Source: Octopus vulgaris
Taxonomy: Eukaryota
Assembly (NCBI GenBank): GCA_951406725.2
Contig: OX597826.1
Coordinates: 71,362,001 to 71,426,000 of the forward strand
DNA: 64,000 nucleotides
Reading direction: 5' to 3'
Positions 37,200 through 52,008 of this stretch are shown here, piece by piece (position 1 is the first letter of the stretch; every line of letters starts with the position of its first letter). The translations under genes and the position numbers were made by a program. Below the pieces are notes generated by a model. The model was not told the DNA's origin and searched no databases. It was given only the letters and a program-made list of their open reading frames with translations.

Positions 37200-39366
37200 G
37201 GGCGGCGTGCTGGCAGAATCGTTAGCACGCCGGGTGAAATGCTTTGTGGTATTTCGTCTGCCGCTACGTTCTGAGTTCAAATTCCGCCGAGGTCGACTTT
37301 GCCTTGCATTCCTTCGGGGTCGATTAAATAAGTACCAGTTACGCACTGCGGTCGATGTAATCGACTTAATCCGTTTGTCTGTCCTTGTTTGTCCTCTCTG
37401 TGTTTAGCCCCTTGTGGGTAGTAAAGAAATAGGTATTTCGTCTGTCTTTATGTTCTGAGTTCAAATTCCGCCGAGGTTGACTTTGCCTTTCATCCCTTCG
37501 GGGTCGATTAAATAAGTACCAGTTACGCACTGGGGTCGATGTAATCGACTTAATCCGTTTGTCTGTCCTTGTTTGTCCTCTCTGTGTTTAGCCCCTTGTG
37601 AGTAATAAAGAAATGGGTATTTCGTCTGCCGCTACGTTCTGAGTTCAAATTCCGCCGAGGTCGACTTTGCCTTTCATCCTTTCGGGGTCGATAAATTAAG
37701 TACCAGTTACGCACTGGGGTCGATGTAATCGACTTAATCCGTTTGTCTGTCCTTGTTTGTCCTCTCTGTGTTTAGCCCCTTGTGAGTAATAAAGAAATGG
37801 GTATTTCGTCTGCCGCTACGTTCTGAGTTCAAATTCCGCCGAGGTCGACTTTGCCTTTCATCCCTTCGGGGTCGATAAATTAAGTACCAGTTACGCACTG
37901 GGGTCGATGTAATCGACTTAATCCGTTTGTCTGTCCTTGTTTGTCCTCTCTGTGTTTAGCCCCTTGTGAGTAATAAAGAAATGGGTATTTCGTCTGCCGC
38001 TACGTTCTGAGTTCAAATTCCGCCGAGGTCGACTTTGCCTTTCATCCCTTCGGGGTCGATAAATTAAGTACCAGTTACGCACTGGGGTCGATGTAATCGA
38101 CTTAATCCGTTTGTCTGTCCTTGTTTGTCCTCTCTGTGTTTAGCCCCTTGTGAGTAATAAAGAAATGGGTATTTCGTCTGCCGCTACGTTCTGAGTTCAA
38201 ATTCCGCCGAGGTCGACTTTGCCTTTCATCCCTTCGGGGTCGATAAATTAAGTACCAGTTACGCACTGGGGTCGATGTAATCGACTTAATCCGTTTGTCT
38301 GTCCTTGTTTGTCCTCTCTGTGTTTAGCCCCTTGTGAGTAATAAAGAAATGGGTATTTCGTCTGCCGCTACGTTCTGAGTTCAAATTCCGCCGAGGTCGA
38401 CTTTGCCTTTCATCCTTTCGGGGTCGATTAAATAAGGACCAGTTACGTACTGGGGTCGATGTAATCGACTTAATCCGTTTGTCTGTCCTTGTTTGTCCTC
38501 TCTGTGTTTAGCCCCTTGTGAGTAATAAAGAAATGGGTATTTCGTCTGCCGCTACGTTCTGAGTTCAAATTCCGCCGAGGTCGACTTTGCCTTTCATCCT
38601 TTCGGGGTCGATTAAATAAGGACCAGTTACGTACTGGGGTCGATGTAATCGACTTAATCCGTTTGTCTGTCCTTGTTTGTCCTCTCTGTGTTTAGCCCCT
38701 TGTGAGTAATAAAGAAATGGGTATTTCGTCTGCCGCTACGTTCTGAGTTCAAATTCCGCCGAGGTCGACTTTGCCTTTCATCCCTTCGGGGTCGATAAAT
38801 TAAGTACCAGTTACGCACTGGGGTCGATGTAATCGACTTAATCCGTTTGTCTGTCCTTGTTTGTCCTCTCTGTGTTTAGCCCCTTGTGAGTAATAAAGAA
38901 ATGGGTATTTCGTCTGCCGCTACGTTCTGAGTTCAAATTCCGCCGAGGTCGACTTTGCCTTTCATCCCTTTGGGGTCGATAAATTAAGTACCAGTTACGC
39001 ACTGGGGTCGATGTAATCGACTTAATCCGTTTGTCTGTCCTTGTTTGTCCTCTCTGTGTTTAGCCCCTTGTGAGTAATAAAGAAATGGGTATTTCGTCTG
39101 CCGCTACGTTCTGAGTTCAAATTCCGCCGAGGTCGACTTTGCCTTTCATCCCTTCGGGGTCGATAAATTAAGTACCAGTTACGCACTGGGGTCGATGTAA
39201 TCGACTTAATCCGTTTGTCTGTCCTTGTTTGTCCTCTCTGTGTTTAGCCCCTTGTGAGTAATAAAGAAATGGGTATTTCGTCTGCCGCTACGTTCTGAGT
39301 TCAAATTCCGCCGAGGTCGACTTTGCCTTTCATCCTTTCAGGAATCGATAAATTAAGTACCAGTTA
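37200..39366 (+). repeat. Tandem array of SINE B bodies, 184-bp period, about 11.5 copies, single head
   Basis: gtatttcgtctg recurs at 37249, 37433, 37617, 37801, 37985 ... 39273. Confidence 0.97.
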
Positions 39367-39914
39367 TCAAAAACAAAAAAAAAAGAAATTCATAACAACA
39401 GAAATCAACTAAAATTATTCATGGCAGTGCTCCAGTATGGGCCGCAGCCAAATGACTGAAACGAGTAAAAGAATACTTAAAAATTTATACAAATATAAAA
39501 ACAAACCTAAATATATTTGAAATTATAACATTCATACGAAACCCCTAAAAAATGGAGCGAAAATAGAAAATAACATGACAGAACGAATGGAGAACTGTAA
39601 CTAAGTGACGCATGCAGAGCATGTGCTACCCGGGTCTCTTGACTGAGCAGCCTATATAAAGCGGCGAGCTGGCAGAAACGTTAGCGCGCCGGGCGAAATT
39701 CGTAGCCGTATTTCGTCTGTCATTGCGTTCCGAGTTCAAATTCCGCCGAGGTCGACTTTGCCTTTCATCCTTTCGGGGTCGATAAATAAAGTACCAGTTA
39801 CGCACTGGTATCGATGTAATCGACTTAATCCCTTTGTCTGTCCTTGTGTGTCCCCTCTGTGTTTAGCCCCTTGTGGATAGTAAAGAAATATATATTGGGT
39901 TTGCTGTATAGGCC

Positions 39915-40715
39915 TATATTAGACATGCTGGTCATGATCAGTGCACACACGTTCTCAGCTATTCCACACATGTCAAGTGTTTGCAGAATCCACGAATGCA
40001 GCAACATGTAAACCTTTTCTAAAACCTATCCAAGACATTCACAAGTGTTTTTTGTTTGTTTTTTTTTTTTTGCGGGGGTGGGGTACCGTTTGCAGTTCAT
40101 TACGACCTAGTCCATCACAAAGTGGTCGTTTGTGCCCTTGGATCCTTTTTCGGCGAGGATGCCCGTTAATATTTTCCATAATATTTTCCGTTTGTCTGTC
40201 CTTGTTTGTCCTCTCTGTGTTTAGCCCCTTGTGGGTAATAAAGAAATAGATATTTCGTCCGTCGCTACGCTCTGAGTTCAAATTCGCCCAGGTCGATTTT
40301 GCCTTTCATCCTTTCGGGGTCGATAAATTAAGTACCAATTGGGGTCGGTAATTGCCAACATCATTGCCCTTTGATCGATCTTTCATCAACCCATTCCGGA
40401 AATGCACTACTCTGTAGGCAATTGTATAATTGCAACCCAATTCGTTTTTGTGTTGACCTAAACCACTTGAGCCAGAAGCCGTGAATTGGGTCTGATCTTA
40501 CTGCTTTCAAGTTTGACCATTTAGATACCTGTGTAAATACATCTTCCATTGTTGGTCGTATATGGACCTGTCACGGAGCTTCGGACCTCACGAAATGCTT
40601 CCACTTAGCACCGTAATTGTGGGATTCCTCTTGCCCCCGGAAGTTATTCCAAAATTGGCGGGTTTCCTCTGTTCAAGAGGTATGTATCTTCTGTATCACC
40701 ACCTGAGCTCCTACA
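39915..40715 (-). mobile_element. R4/Dong-like non-LTR retrotransposon RT fragments interrupted by SINE B
   Basis: HSWILQTLDMCGIAENVCALIMTSM and NLKAVRSDPIHGFWLKWF...QLYNCL...PEW resemble R4/Dong RT; adjacent to (TTA)n. Confidence 0.7.
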
Positions 40716-40737
40716 AAAAATATTATTATTATTATTA

Positions 40738-40778
<41 letters not shown>

Positions 40779-40779
<1 letters not shown>

Positions 40780-41163
40780 GGCGGTGAGCTGGCAGAAACG
40801 TTAGCACGCCAGGCGAAATGCTTAGCAGTATTTCGTCTGCCGTTACGTTCTGAGTTCAAATTCCGCCGAGGTCGACTTTGCCTTTCATCCCTTCGGGGTC
40901 GATTAAATAAGTACCAGTTACGCACTGCGGTCGATGTAATCGACTTAATCCGTTTGTCTGTCCTTGTTTGTCCTCTCTGTGTTTAGCCCCTTCAGGGTAA
41001 TAAAGAAATAGATATTTCGTCCGTCGCTACGCTCTGAGTTCAAATTCGCCCAGGTTGATTTTGCCTTTCATCCTTTCGGGGTCGATAAATTAAGTACCAA
41101 TTGGGGTTGATTTAATCGACTCCCCCCAAAGAAATTTTAGGCCTTGTGTCTATCGTAGAAAGG

Positions 41164-41165
<2 letters not shown>
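40779..41165 (+). mobile_element. SINE family B dimer
   Basis: Family B consensus; runs into (ATT)n 41165-41592. Confidence 0.85.
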
Positions 41166-41223
<58 letters not shown>

Positions 41224-41329
41224 GTTATTATCATTATTATTATTATCATTATTATTATTATCAATATTATTATTATTATTATTATTACTATTATCATCAT
41301 TATTATTATCATCATTATTATTATCATCA

Positions 41330-41459
<130 letters not shown>

Positions 41460-41461
41460 CA

Positions 41462-41525
<64 letters not shown>

Positions 41526-41548
41526 CATCATTATTATTATCATCATCA

Positions 41549-41594
<46 letters not shown>

Positions 41595-42011
41595 GCCGGC
41601 GAGCTGGAAGAATCATTTGCGCTCCAGGCAAAATGCTTAGCGGCACGTCGTCCGTTTTTACTTTCTGAGTTCAAATTCCGCTGAGGTTGGCTTTGCTTTT
41701 CAGGTTTTCGGGGTCGATAAAATAGTACCAGTGAAACACTGGGGTCGATGTAATCGACTAGTCCCGTACCGCAAAATTACAAGCCGTCTGCTTTTAGTAG
41801 AAGGGCTTATTATCTTAATTATTCGAAAATTTAATGGAGTATTTGAGTCTTCATTCATGATTATTTAGTAGTTAGGGAGGAGATTTGACAGAGATGATCA
41901 TACATTCAATCAAGCTTTATTTTTAGACACGTTTGACGTGTCAAATGTAAGCTTGTCTTTAATTGCACGTTAGATATAAATATACACGAAATATTTTCAC
42001 ATACACGCGAG

Positions 42012-42324
<313 letters not shown>

Positions 42325-42365
42325 GATTATATGAAAATATTTCGGACAATATTCGGACATTAATA

Positions 42366-43000
42366 AGGCGGCGAGCTGGCAGAATCGTTAGTACGCCGGA
42401 CGAAATGCTGAGCGGTATTTCGTCTACCGTTACGTTCTGAGTTCAAATTCCGCCGAGGTCGACTTTGCCTTTCATCCTTTTGGGGTCAATTAAATAAGTA
42501 CCAGTTACGCACTGGGATCGATGTAATCGACTTAATCCCTTTTTCTGTCCTTGTTTGTCCCCTCTGTGTGTAGCCCCTTGGGTAGTAAAGAAATAGGTAT
42601 TTCGTCCGTCCTTACATTCAGAGTTCAAATTCCGCCGAGATCGACTTCGCCTTTCATCCTTTCGGAGTCGATAGATTAAATACCAGTGAAACACTGGGGT
42701 CGATGTCATCGACTAGTCCCCTCCGCACAGTTTTCAGGCCTCGTGTCTTTTGTAGAAAGGATCATTATTATTATTACTACTAAGGCGGTGACCTGACAGA
42801 ATTGTTTGAGTGTTGGCTCTCCCCTTTCTGGACAAAACGCTTAGCGATATTTCATCCTTCACTACGTTCTGAGTTGAGTTCAAATTCCGCCGAGGTCTAC
42901 TTTGCCTTTCATCCTTAAGTACCAGTTATGCACTGGAGTCGATGTAATCGACTAGTCTCCTCAGCGCAAATTTCAGGCCTTGTGCCTATGACAGAAAAGT
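42366..43000 (+). mobile_element. SINE family B dimer plus older monomer
   Basis: Family B consensus. Confidence 0.8.
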
Positions 43001-43059
43001 GCCCTCCATTTTAGTTGCTCTCGTTAATTCTATAAGAGCGGAGAGGAACTCCTTGTCAA

Positions 43060-43295
43060 GGATCTCACAGGTTCTTTTTCCACGATACTTAACACCCAAA
43101 TGCGAATCTCAAAATCCTTGCAGTCCTCAATAGAGCAGCTTTTTGAGTATGTTCTATCTTCGTATCAATTCCAATTTCTCCGCTATATTTCTCAAGCCTG
43201 GTTGTTAATATTCTCAGTGTCCCTCCTGGATGACAGCTATTTTCGTTGTTTTTATTTGGACAATTTCGTCTTTTAGTAGCATGTATTTTTTCATC
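43060..43295 (-). mobile_element. R4/Dong-like element C-terminus
   Basis: GTLRILTTRLEKY..EIGI...QKAALLRTARILR resembles the QKTALLGTARILR end motif. Confidence 0.7.
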
Positions 43296-43380
43296 TTTCC
43301 AGCTCTTCGTCACCCACGCGAGCGTTCCCAGGTATATCCTCCCAAATACCAGGCCTTCTGCCTTTCGTAGAAAGGATTAC

Positions 43381-43771
43381 TCTCTCTTTACTCTTTACTT
43401 GTTTCAGTCATATGACTGTGGCCATGCTGGAGCACCGCCTTTAGTCGAGCAAATTGACCCCAGGACTTATGCAAGCCTAGTACTTAATCTATCGGTCTCT
43501 TTTGTCGAACTGCTATTTTACGGGGACGTAAACACACCACCATCGGTTGTCAAGCGATGTTGCGCGGACAAACACAAACACATAAACACACACACATACA
43601 TATATATACGACAGGCTTCTTTCAGTTTCCGTCTACCAAATCCACTCACAAGGCTTTGGTCGGCCGAGGCTATAGTAGAAGACACTTGCCCAAGATGCCA
43701 CGCAGTGGGACTGAACCCGGAACCATGTGGTTGGTAAGCAAGTTACTTACCACACACCCACTTCTGCGCCT
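43381..43771 (-). mobile_element. CORE-type SINE family D
   Basis: Family D consensus. Confidence 0.85.
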
Positions 43772-43774
43772 GGA

Positions 43775-43867
<93 letters not shown>

Positions 43868-44452
43868 GTTTGACTTTTGCTTTATATTTGACTTGTGCCA
43901 TATATTTGGGGTCTTTTTTTTTTTTTTTGGTGTTGTACTAGTGAATGTCTAATACATAAAAATAATGATGCTATGATGCTCCCCCTCTACTTCTGCTCAT
44001 GATCAGAGATGCACATATCGTCAGCCACTAGGGGACATGCTCAAACAACTGACAAGCAAATCTGTTGTATTGAGCAGAATATTTGCTGTAGCCCATTTTT
44101 TATACCAAGACAAAACAATGTACATGATAACACTTCCAATCAGTTAAGATCAGAAGCCATGAGAGCCACTGCCTGGTACTATTATTATTATTTTATTGCT
44201 TATAGCAGCTATTAGAAGACTATATTACGTCACTATTTATACACTCATTGGTGTGCATGTGATGACAGAAATATGCATACATGCCTACCTAACTGGTATT
44301 GTCTGAATTTCAATGAAAGAGCCCGGTTTCTTGGCTAGAAACAGGTTGTTTGTCAATTACTTAAATATAGAAAAAGGTGTAGGCGTGTATGTGTGTGTGT
44401 GCGTGTGTGTGTGCGTGTGTATGTGTATGTGTGCGAAATATCAAGTGACCTG

Positions 44453-44666
44453 ATAAGCCATTTAAGAACACACAAAAACCATTAGATTCACTTCTTATTT
44501 AATTTGTGTCAAAATATTTTCGCCGCTTTGAAACCGCAATCTGTTCGCAGACGAAGTTTTGTCAGTGAACAGGTCGCGATTTCAAAGCGACGAAAATGTT
44601 TTGACAAATTAAATTAAAATTTTGAAGTGAGACTGACGGTTTTTGTGTGTTCTTAAATAACTTATA
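44453..44666. repeat. Diverged fold-back element with degenerate hammerhead
   Basis: Imperfect arms about a centre near 44556; guca-gugaaca-g-gucgc/gcgac-GAAA-augu-uu-ugac at 44561-44605. Confidence 0.65.
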
Positions 44667-45104
44667 AACACCTTCCACGCTGCAATTGTTATTGTATATA
44701 CATATGTATAAATATATCATCATAATCAATTTAAGCCCCTGTTCAAATGCTAGATTATTTGACAAGGTCACATGAACTACAGGTCAACACTGAGCTCCTG
44801 TGTCAGCTTTGGCATGGTTTCTACGGCTGGATGCCTTTCCTAATGCCAGTTACTTCACTGTATGTACTCCGCGTTTCGAAGGTAAGGACAAGACGCGACT
44901 TCGTTGAAACAATCCTTCCCGAAAAGCAAATTAAATAAAATTTGGGATTTTTTTGGCGGAGGGTGAAAGTGGTAACAAGAACAGGACAGTGATATATATA
45001 TAAACGGCGGTGCATCAGCATGGCCGCAGCTCTGAGCTGAAACTAGAGAAAAAAATATATATATATATCGGGTTCACATGCACAGGACTTGACAAGAGCA
45101 CACT

Positions 45105-45443
45105 ATGAGAGCCCCTTTGGTCATGACTGACCATGGGATTGCACCTAGAAAGTTACCCTTCCAGGCACAAGTCCGGGTAAGGTTGTTTATGGAAGACCAG
45201 CAGTCGCCCATGCATACAGGCATCCCCTCTCCACGCCACAAGTGTTATCCAAGGGAAAGGCAAAGGGGCCGACACAGCTTGGCACCTGTGATGTTGCAAC
45301 TCATTTCTACAGCTGAGTGAACTGGAGCAACGTGAAATAAAGTGTCTTGTTCAAGAACACAACACGTAGCCCGGTCCGGGATTGGAACTCACAACCTCGC
45401 GATCGTAAGCTCGACGCTCTAACCACTGAGCAATGCGCCTTCA
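45105..45443 (-). mobile_element. tRNA-derived SINE family F (CORE-like, shares 5' half with family E)
   Basis: Minus head gctcagtggttagagcg...gagttccaatccc, then gttcttgaacaagacacttt. Confidence 0.75.
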
Positions 45444-46004
45444 CAGGGCAGACTACCACTAGGCTAAGTGCACATGCATATATATGCATACACACACACG
45501 TGTGTGAGTGTGTGTGTGTGTGCGTGCGTGCATGCATGTATACACATACGCATGCGCATATGGTGAATTGAGCGAAGCGGTCCAGCATCGGCTAGATTCG
45601 ATCGCAGTATCCTAGATCTCTGCATTGTTAGTTCAAATTACGTTTCCGGGTCGATAAATAAACTGCTGTCCGCCCGACTGTCTCCACTTCAGAAAGAAAT
45701 CGACTGCGAGAGAACCACATCAATGCCCAAGGCTCGCAAATTACCGTGACAGAGAAAATTCTGTGATTCCACGGGGTAACGCGTATGTGTGTGCATATAT
45801 GTGCGCGCGCGCGTGTATGTGTGTGTGTGTGTGTGTGGAGTGTGTGTGCGTGCGCGCGTATCTACATACATATATATATAAACATATATGTGTATCAAAT
45901 TAAAAACTATTTTCCAATGAAAAGATTATTTTCTTCTTATTATTACTGGTCTGTAACTATATTAAGGCACCGCCTTCATGCCAGCATGGGCGTATGCTTT
46001 GTGT

Positions 46005-46096
<92 letters not shown>

Positions 46097-46331
46097 TATA
46101 TATATAGAGAAATATACAAATATTGTCACCTAGAAACCTACATATATACGTTTACATTATTATGTACATGCGTGCATACCCACACACATATATGCAAGTA
46201 TGTATAGTCATTCATATATTAATACATTGCTAGGTGGATCCGTGAAAAATTCACGGAAAATATAAGAAATGTACGCAACAGTAAATTGTGTGCTGGTGCC
46301 ATGCGAAATGTTTCTATATTGTGACAGTTAA

Positions 46332-47262
46332 AGGTGACGAGCTGGCAGAATCGTTAGCACGCCGGGCAAAATGCTTAGCCGTATTTCGTCTGTCTTTATG
46401 TTCTGAGTTCAAATTCTGCCAAGGCCGACTTTGCCTTTCATCCTTTCAGGGTCGATAAATTAAGTACCAGTTACGCACTGGGATCGATCTAATCGACTTA
46501 ATCCCTTTGTCTGTCCTTGCTTGTCCCCTCTATATTTGACCTCTTGTGGGCAATAAAGAAATAAGAATCGTTAGCATGCCGGGCGAAATGCTTTGTGGTA
46601 TTTTGTCTGTCTTTACGTCCTGAGTTCAAATTCTGCCAAGGCCGAGGTCGACTTTGCCTTTCATCCTTTCGGGGGCGATAAATTAAGTACCAGTTTCGCG
46701 CTGGGATCGATCTAATCGACTTAATCCCTTTGTCCGTCCTTGCTTGTCCCCTCTATGTTTAGCTTCTTGTGGGCAATAAAGAAATAAGAATCGTTAGCAC
46801 GCCGGGCGAAATGCTTTGTGGTATTTCGTCCTATTTCTTTACTACCCACAAGGGGCTAAACACAGAGAGGACAAACAAGGACAGACATAGGTATTAAGTC
46901 GATTACATCGACCCCAATGCGTAACTGGTACTTAATTTATCGACCCCGAAAGGATGAAAGGCAAAGTCGACCTCGGCGGAATTTGAACTCACAACGTAAC
47001 GCAGACGAAATACGGCTAAGCATTTCGCCCGGCGTGCTAACGTTTCTGCCAGCTCGCCGCCTTGCTTTGTGGTATTTCGTCCGCCGTTACGTTCTGAGTT
47101 CAAATTCTGCCAAGGCCGACTTTGCCTTTCATCCTTTCGGGGTCGATAAATTAAGTACCAGTTGCGTGCTGGGGTCGATCTGATTGACTGGCCCTCATCC
47201 CCCCCCCACCACCACCACCACCACCACAAAAAATTTCAGGACTTGTGCCTATAGCAGAAAAG
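46332..47262 (+). mobile_element. SINE B trimer with an antisense SINE B nested at 46832-47062
   Basis: Duplicated tgctttgtggtatttcgtcc on both sides of the nested copy. Confidence 0.85.
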
Positions 47263-47723
47263 TACATTGCGACAGTTACAGAATATACAAAGAAATGTAA
47301 AACCGATAACTCTGCAATCCAACCAAAATATCTCAGTTACGCAAACATAAACAGAATTACTATTTAGCCTAAAAATACTTCGCACACATTCAGAGAACCC
47401 TCTTGGTTTAGCCGTATGGAACGTCTTCCTCGTATTCTTATGTTCTTTCAATTGTTTCAATAATTTGACGGTGGCCACGCTGGAGCACCACCCTTTAGTC
47501 GAAGAAATTGACCTCTGTACTTATTCCCTGTAAGCCTGGTATTTAGTGTATCAGTCTCTTCTACTGAATAGCTAAGTTACAAGGACGCAAACACACAGAG
47601 ACTCAAACACACACACATATATACATATATATGTGTGTGTGTGTGTGTGTATACATATATATATGTATGTATATATATGTATATATGTATGTATATATAC
47701 ATATATATATATATACACACACA

Positions 47724-47775
<52 letters not shown>

Positions 47776-47788
47776 CACACACACACAC

Positions 47789-47909
<121 letters not shown>

Positions 47910-48739
47910 ACGGTCTTGGAGGTGGTGGTGATACTGGCTGGTGCGATTTTGTGCTTTACTGGTATGCCGAGGGAGATCCAGTTCTGCTTCTCATATTTTC
48001 CAAGTACAGCTGCCTTCGCTCTTCACTCATGCGTTCTCGATTCTGTTGATTTCTATCTCTCTTACTTTGAAAATACACTTCTCTTCAACCTCTTGCCATT
48101 ATTCCTCCCCCAACATCGCTTTTGCCCCTATACTCTACCATCCACCACGCCTCATTCAAGACCAAGGCGGGATCCGAGCCGGTGTCGCCCGGTCACAAGC
48201 GATATTCCTCCTTGAGTTCCCGCAGCCTATACCCATCAGATACCGTTATGACCTCCACAGCTATCTGCGGAGGCCATTCGGGATCCTGTGTGAAGGCCAA
48301 AATGTCTGCAACCCAGTTGAGACCCTTGCTCTTCAAAAATTATTATTTACTAATCAACGGACTCCACTAAGCTCCCCCACCCCCAAAAAAACCTCCTTAC
48401 CAGTAGTTGTGATTCAATTTTTCGATATTTCACGTAAAACGACGGGACTTCTAATCAGCGTGAAAATAACGCAAACTCTTCTGTAGTGAGGTAAGCAAGC
48501 TACTTACCACACATCCACTGTATATATTCTTTTACCCTTTTATTTGTTTCCGTTATTTGACTGTGAGCATGCTGGAGCGCCACCTTAAGGGTTTTAGTCG
48601 AAGAAATTGATCCCAGGACTTATTCTGTACTGTAAGCCTAGAACTTACTCAATCGGTGTCTTTTGCCGAACTGCTAAGTTACGGGGATATAAACACACCA
48701 GCATCAGTTGTCAAGTAGTGGTGGGGGTGGACAAACACA

Positions 48740-48846
<107 letters not shown>

Positions 48847-49212
48847 TTATGGAGAAAGCTACTTTTTAATTAGGTATATAACAATTGCAATTATTAAAGG
48901 GCTGATCGTCTGGAAATTTTTTTGTAAATTCATGTTCTAAGAAATTTCCTATAATTTCGATTTCTAAAGTTTATTGAATTTTTTAACTCCAATTTCTCGC
49001 AAATTTAAATATTCATTGCATTCACTGCGGACCATTCCATTCTCATTTGCAAATTCTCTCAATTTCTCTTTTAAGTTTTCATTCACTATTTGGAAAACCG
49101 ACAGTTTATTCTATTAATGTATACGTAATGCAAAAATATTACTTATTGAATGAAATATTCCTGAAAAAATTCAGTTATCGAGGTAATCAAGATAGCATAT
49201 TTTGCTTGCCTC

Positions 49213-49273
49213 GATAACTGAAGAGATGCCAGTGCAGGTTTCCGTCCCGACATCCGAAACTCGGAGTTTTATT
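49213..49273 (+). ncRNA. Hammerhead candidate, same subfamily as 14076-14136
   Basis: gauaa-CUGAAGA-gaug..cauc-c-GAAA-cucggag-UU-uuauu; core and stems conserved while the stem II loop differs. Confidence 0.6.
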
Positions 49274-49296
49274 ACGGCAACCGAATAATTGTCGCA

Positions 49297-49332
<36 letters not shown>

Positions 49333-49338
49333 TACTTT

Positions 49339-49387
<49 letters not shown>

Positions 49388-50374
49388 TCAGTGGTGACTC
49401 CAGTACTCGGGCTGTTCGGGTTTAGCTTGGGTACAAATTTAATAAAGTAGACGCGTATTTGCAAGCTGATTTAATTTCTGCCAACACTGACTTCAAGTAT
49501 GTAATTGCAGCCCATAACTCGGGCCCCTACTATTGAAGGTGAGCAGTCAATTGTGATCTCTGTGGAAGAGGGAACGAAGGCGGGTGAGGGGACTGAGGAC
49601 TCCTCGGGGAAGGGCCGCAAGAGGAAGAAGGTGAGCAACAATGGTCGCAGTCAATTTATTTTCGTTTATCGTCTGGCAGTCGTCTCAGAGGTGCCCTGTC
49701 TCAAAAAATATCATTCGTAGCAGACGTTCTCCTGACATCATTCTATGGATGGGAATCGAAATCGCGATCCTATGACCGCGAGTCCGCTGCCCTAACCACT
49801 GGGCCATTGCGCCCCCACTGACATCATTCACACACACCTGACTCAGGATCAGAATTTACAGCCCGAGTTGTTATCTATAATCGTAAAAATTAAAAGTAAT
49901 TCAAGCTCAATGTTTTCTTGAAACAATAAACTGCTATAGAGATTAGGATTTAAATTCCAAACTATGAAAAGTTTCCGTTCTACAATATTCTTAAAGGAAC
50001 GAAAAATTATCCAGCAACTCGGGCAAATACGAACGAACTTGATAGGTGTAAAAGACTAACTGGCATCTCTTGTCAAGAGTACAGGCGACAGTCAGACCGC
50101 TGATGTTTGTTGTGCACTCCGCTGTTCTTATTTGATTGCTGTTATTCTGTGCGTCCCCGTGTAAAGATCAGTTGTGTTTTGCAGGGTTGCTTTACTCTTA
50201 CCCTTAAGTTAGAAATGGAGAAAGACATAGTGCTAGATATAACAAAAAAAAAAGCCATTCGGAGCGCTAGAAATATTGCGGGAAAAGTGAAATTCGTTGA
50301 GCAGGCATGTGTCTTATACGTAGTCTGTGTAGAGCCCGAGTGACGCTGATGACTTGGAGTCGCCTCTGATATAT

Positions 50375-50740
50375 AGTGGTTAGGGCAGCGGACTCGCGGT
50401 CATAGGATCGCGGTTTCGATTCCCAGACCAGGCGCTGTGAGTGTTTATTGAGCGAAAACACCTAAAAGTTCCACGAGGCTCTGGCAGGGATGGTGGTGAT
50501 CCCTGCTGTACTCTTTCACCACAACTTTCTCTCACTCTTACTTCCTGTTTCTGTTGTACCTGTATTTCAAAGGGCCGGCCTTGTCACTCTCTGTGTCACG
50601 CTGAATATCCCCGAGAACTACGTTAAGGGTACACGTGTCTGTGGAGTGCTCAGCCACTTACACGTTAATTTCACGAGCAGGCTGTTCCGTTGATTCGGAT
50701 CAACCGGAACTCTCGTCGTCGTAACCGACGGAGTGCTTCC
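50375..50740 (+). mobile_element. SINE family A
   Basis: tRNA-like head plus family A body. Confidence 0.85.
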
Positions 50741-50928
50741 ATCCATATATATAAGCAGGAGCGCACACAAGGACGGAAAGTGTCGCTGAAGGGTTCACAG
50801 ATGTGTGACGAAAGGTTTTCGGACAGTGGACATGAGTTAAAGAACAGTAATAAACGGGTGAAGAACGAATATATATATAGTGTGTGTGTTTATTTGGCAA
50901 AATAAAAATGACCATCAAGAAATACAAT

Positions 50929-50960
<32 letters not shown>

Positions 50961-51523
50961 ACACATGAACATGTGTTAAAGAGTGATAAGAAAAGTCAGA
51001 TGAAATGTGTGTTTGTGTGTGTATATATATATGTGTGTGTGTGTGTGCACTTAGGCGTTTTAAGTGCAAGAATATTTGTAATTTTATACCGAAATGGCGC
51101 CCTGCTATAATTCGTCTCTTGAATATAAGCCACGACATACTTGAAATTTAAATAGCTTTAATGTTTGTATATGTAAGAGAATTCTTTCAAGAAATGTCGG
51201 GTTGGTAAGGTTATGATTAAGGACAATATAACAAGGAAATTAGAAGACTACGCCTTATATTTTACAAGGCCAAAATCAAGTTGTGTTTTCTGTTTGTATA
51301 TGAGAAAATCGTTTTATAAGCGTGAAGAGTACAATGAAATACTTGACATGGGAAATACTTAATTGCTTACATAAGCCAGAAATGAAATACAAAAAAATTA
51401 GTTCAATAAGGTTCACTACACACAATACGGTAATTTTTTTACCATGGCGGGCGTTACATTCCAAATCTCTCTTCCCCACGCGATACGTGAAAATCCGCAA
51501 AGTAAAAACAGAAATCTGTACTG

Positions 51524-51625
<102 letters not shown>

Positions 51626-51643
51626 CGTGTGTGTGTGTGTGTA

Positions 51644-51691
<48 letters not shown>

Positions 51692-51722
51692 TACATATAT
51701 ATGTATATATATATATACATAT

Positions 51723-52008
51723 GTGGAGGCCTAGTGGTTAGGGCAGCGGACTCGCGATCGCAGGATCACGGTTTCGATTCCCAGACCGGGCGTTGTGTCT
51801 GTTTATTGAGCAAAAACACCTAAAAGCTCCACGAGGCTCCGGCAGGGGGTGGTGATCCCTGCTGTACTCTTTCACCACTCTTTCTCCCACTCTTTCTTCT
51901 GTTGGCCTGCTCGCTTAGCCAGCGGGGTGGCGTCATTCGAAGGCTAAAACAATGCGAACGCATTGTGACCAGCGATGTGTAACAACATCTGATGGTCTGG
52001 TCGGTCAA
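51723..52008 (+). mobile_element. SINE family A variant with a different 3' half
   Basis: Family A head and body to about 51880, then a distinct tail. Confidence 0.75.

Noticed and set aside
37200-39366. tRNA, 5S or snRNA gene cluster
   Set aside because: Units are identical in kind to dispersed SINE B bodies and lack a complete cloverleaf or recognisable 5S/snRNA sequence.
47930-48365. GC-richer unique-looking stretch as coding exon
   Set aside because: The minus frame I translated has stops and no frame shows a motif I recognise; probably a decayed TE fragment.
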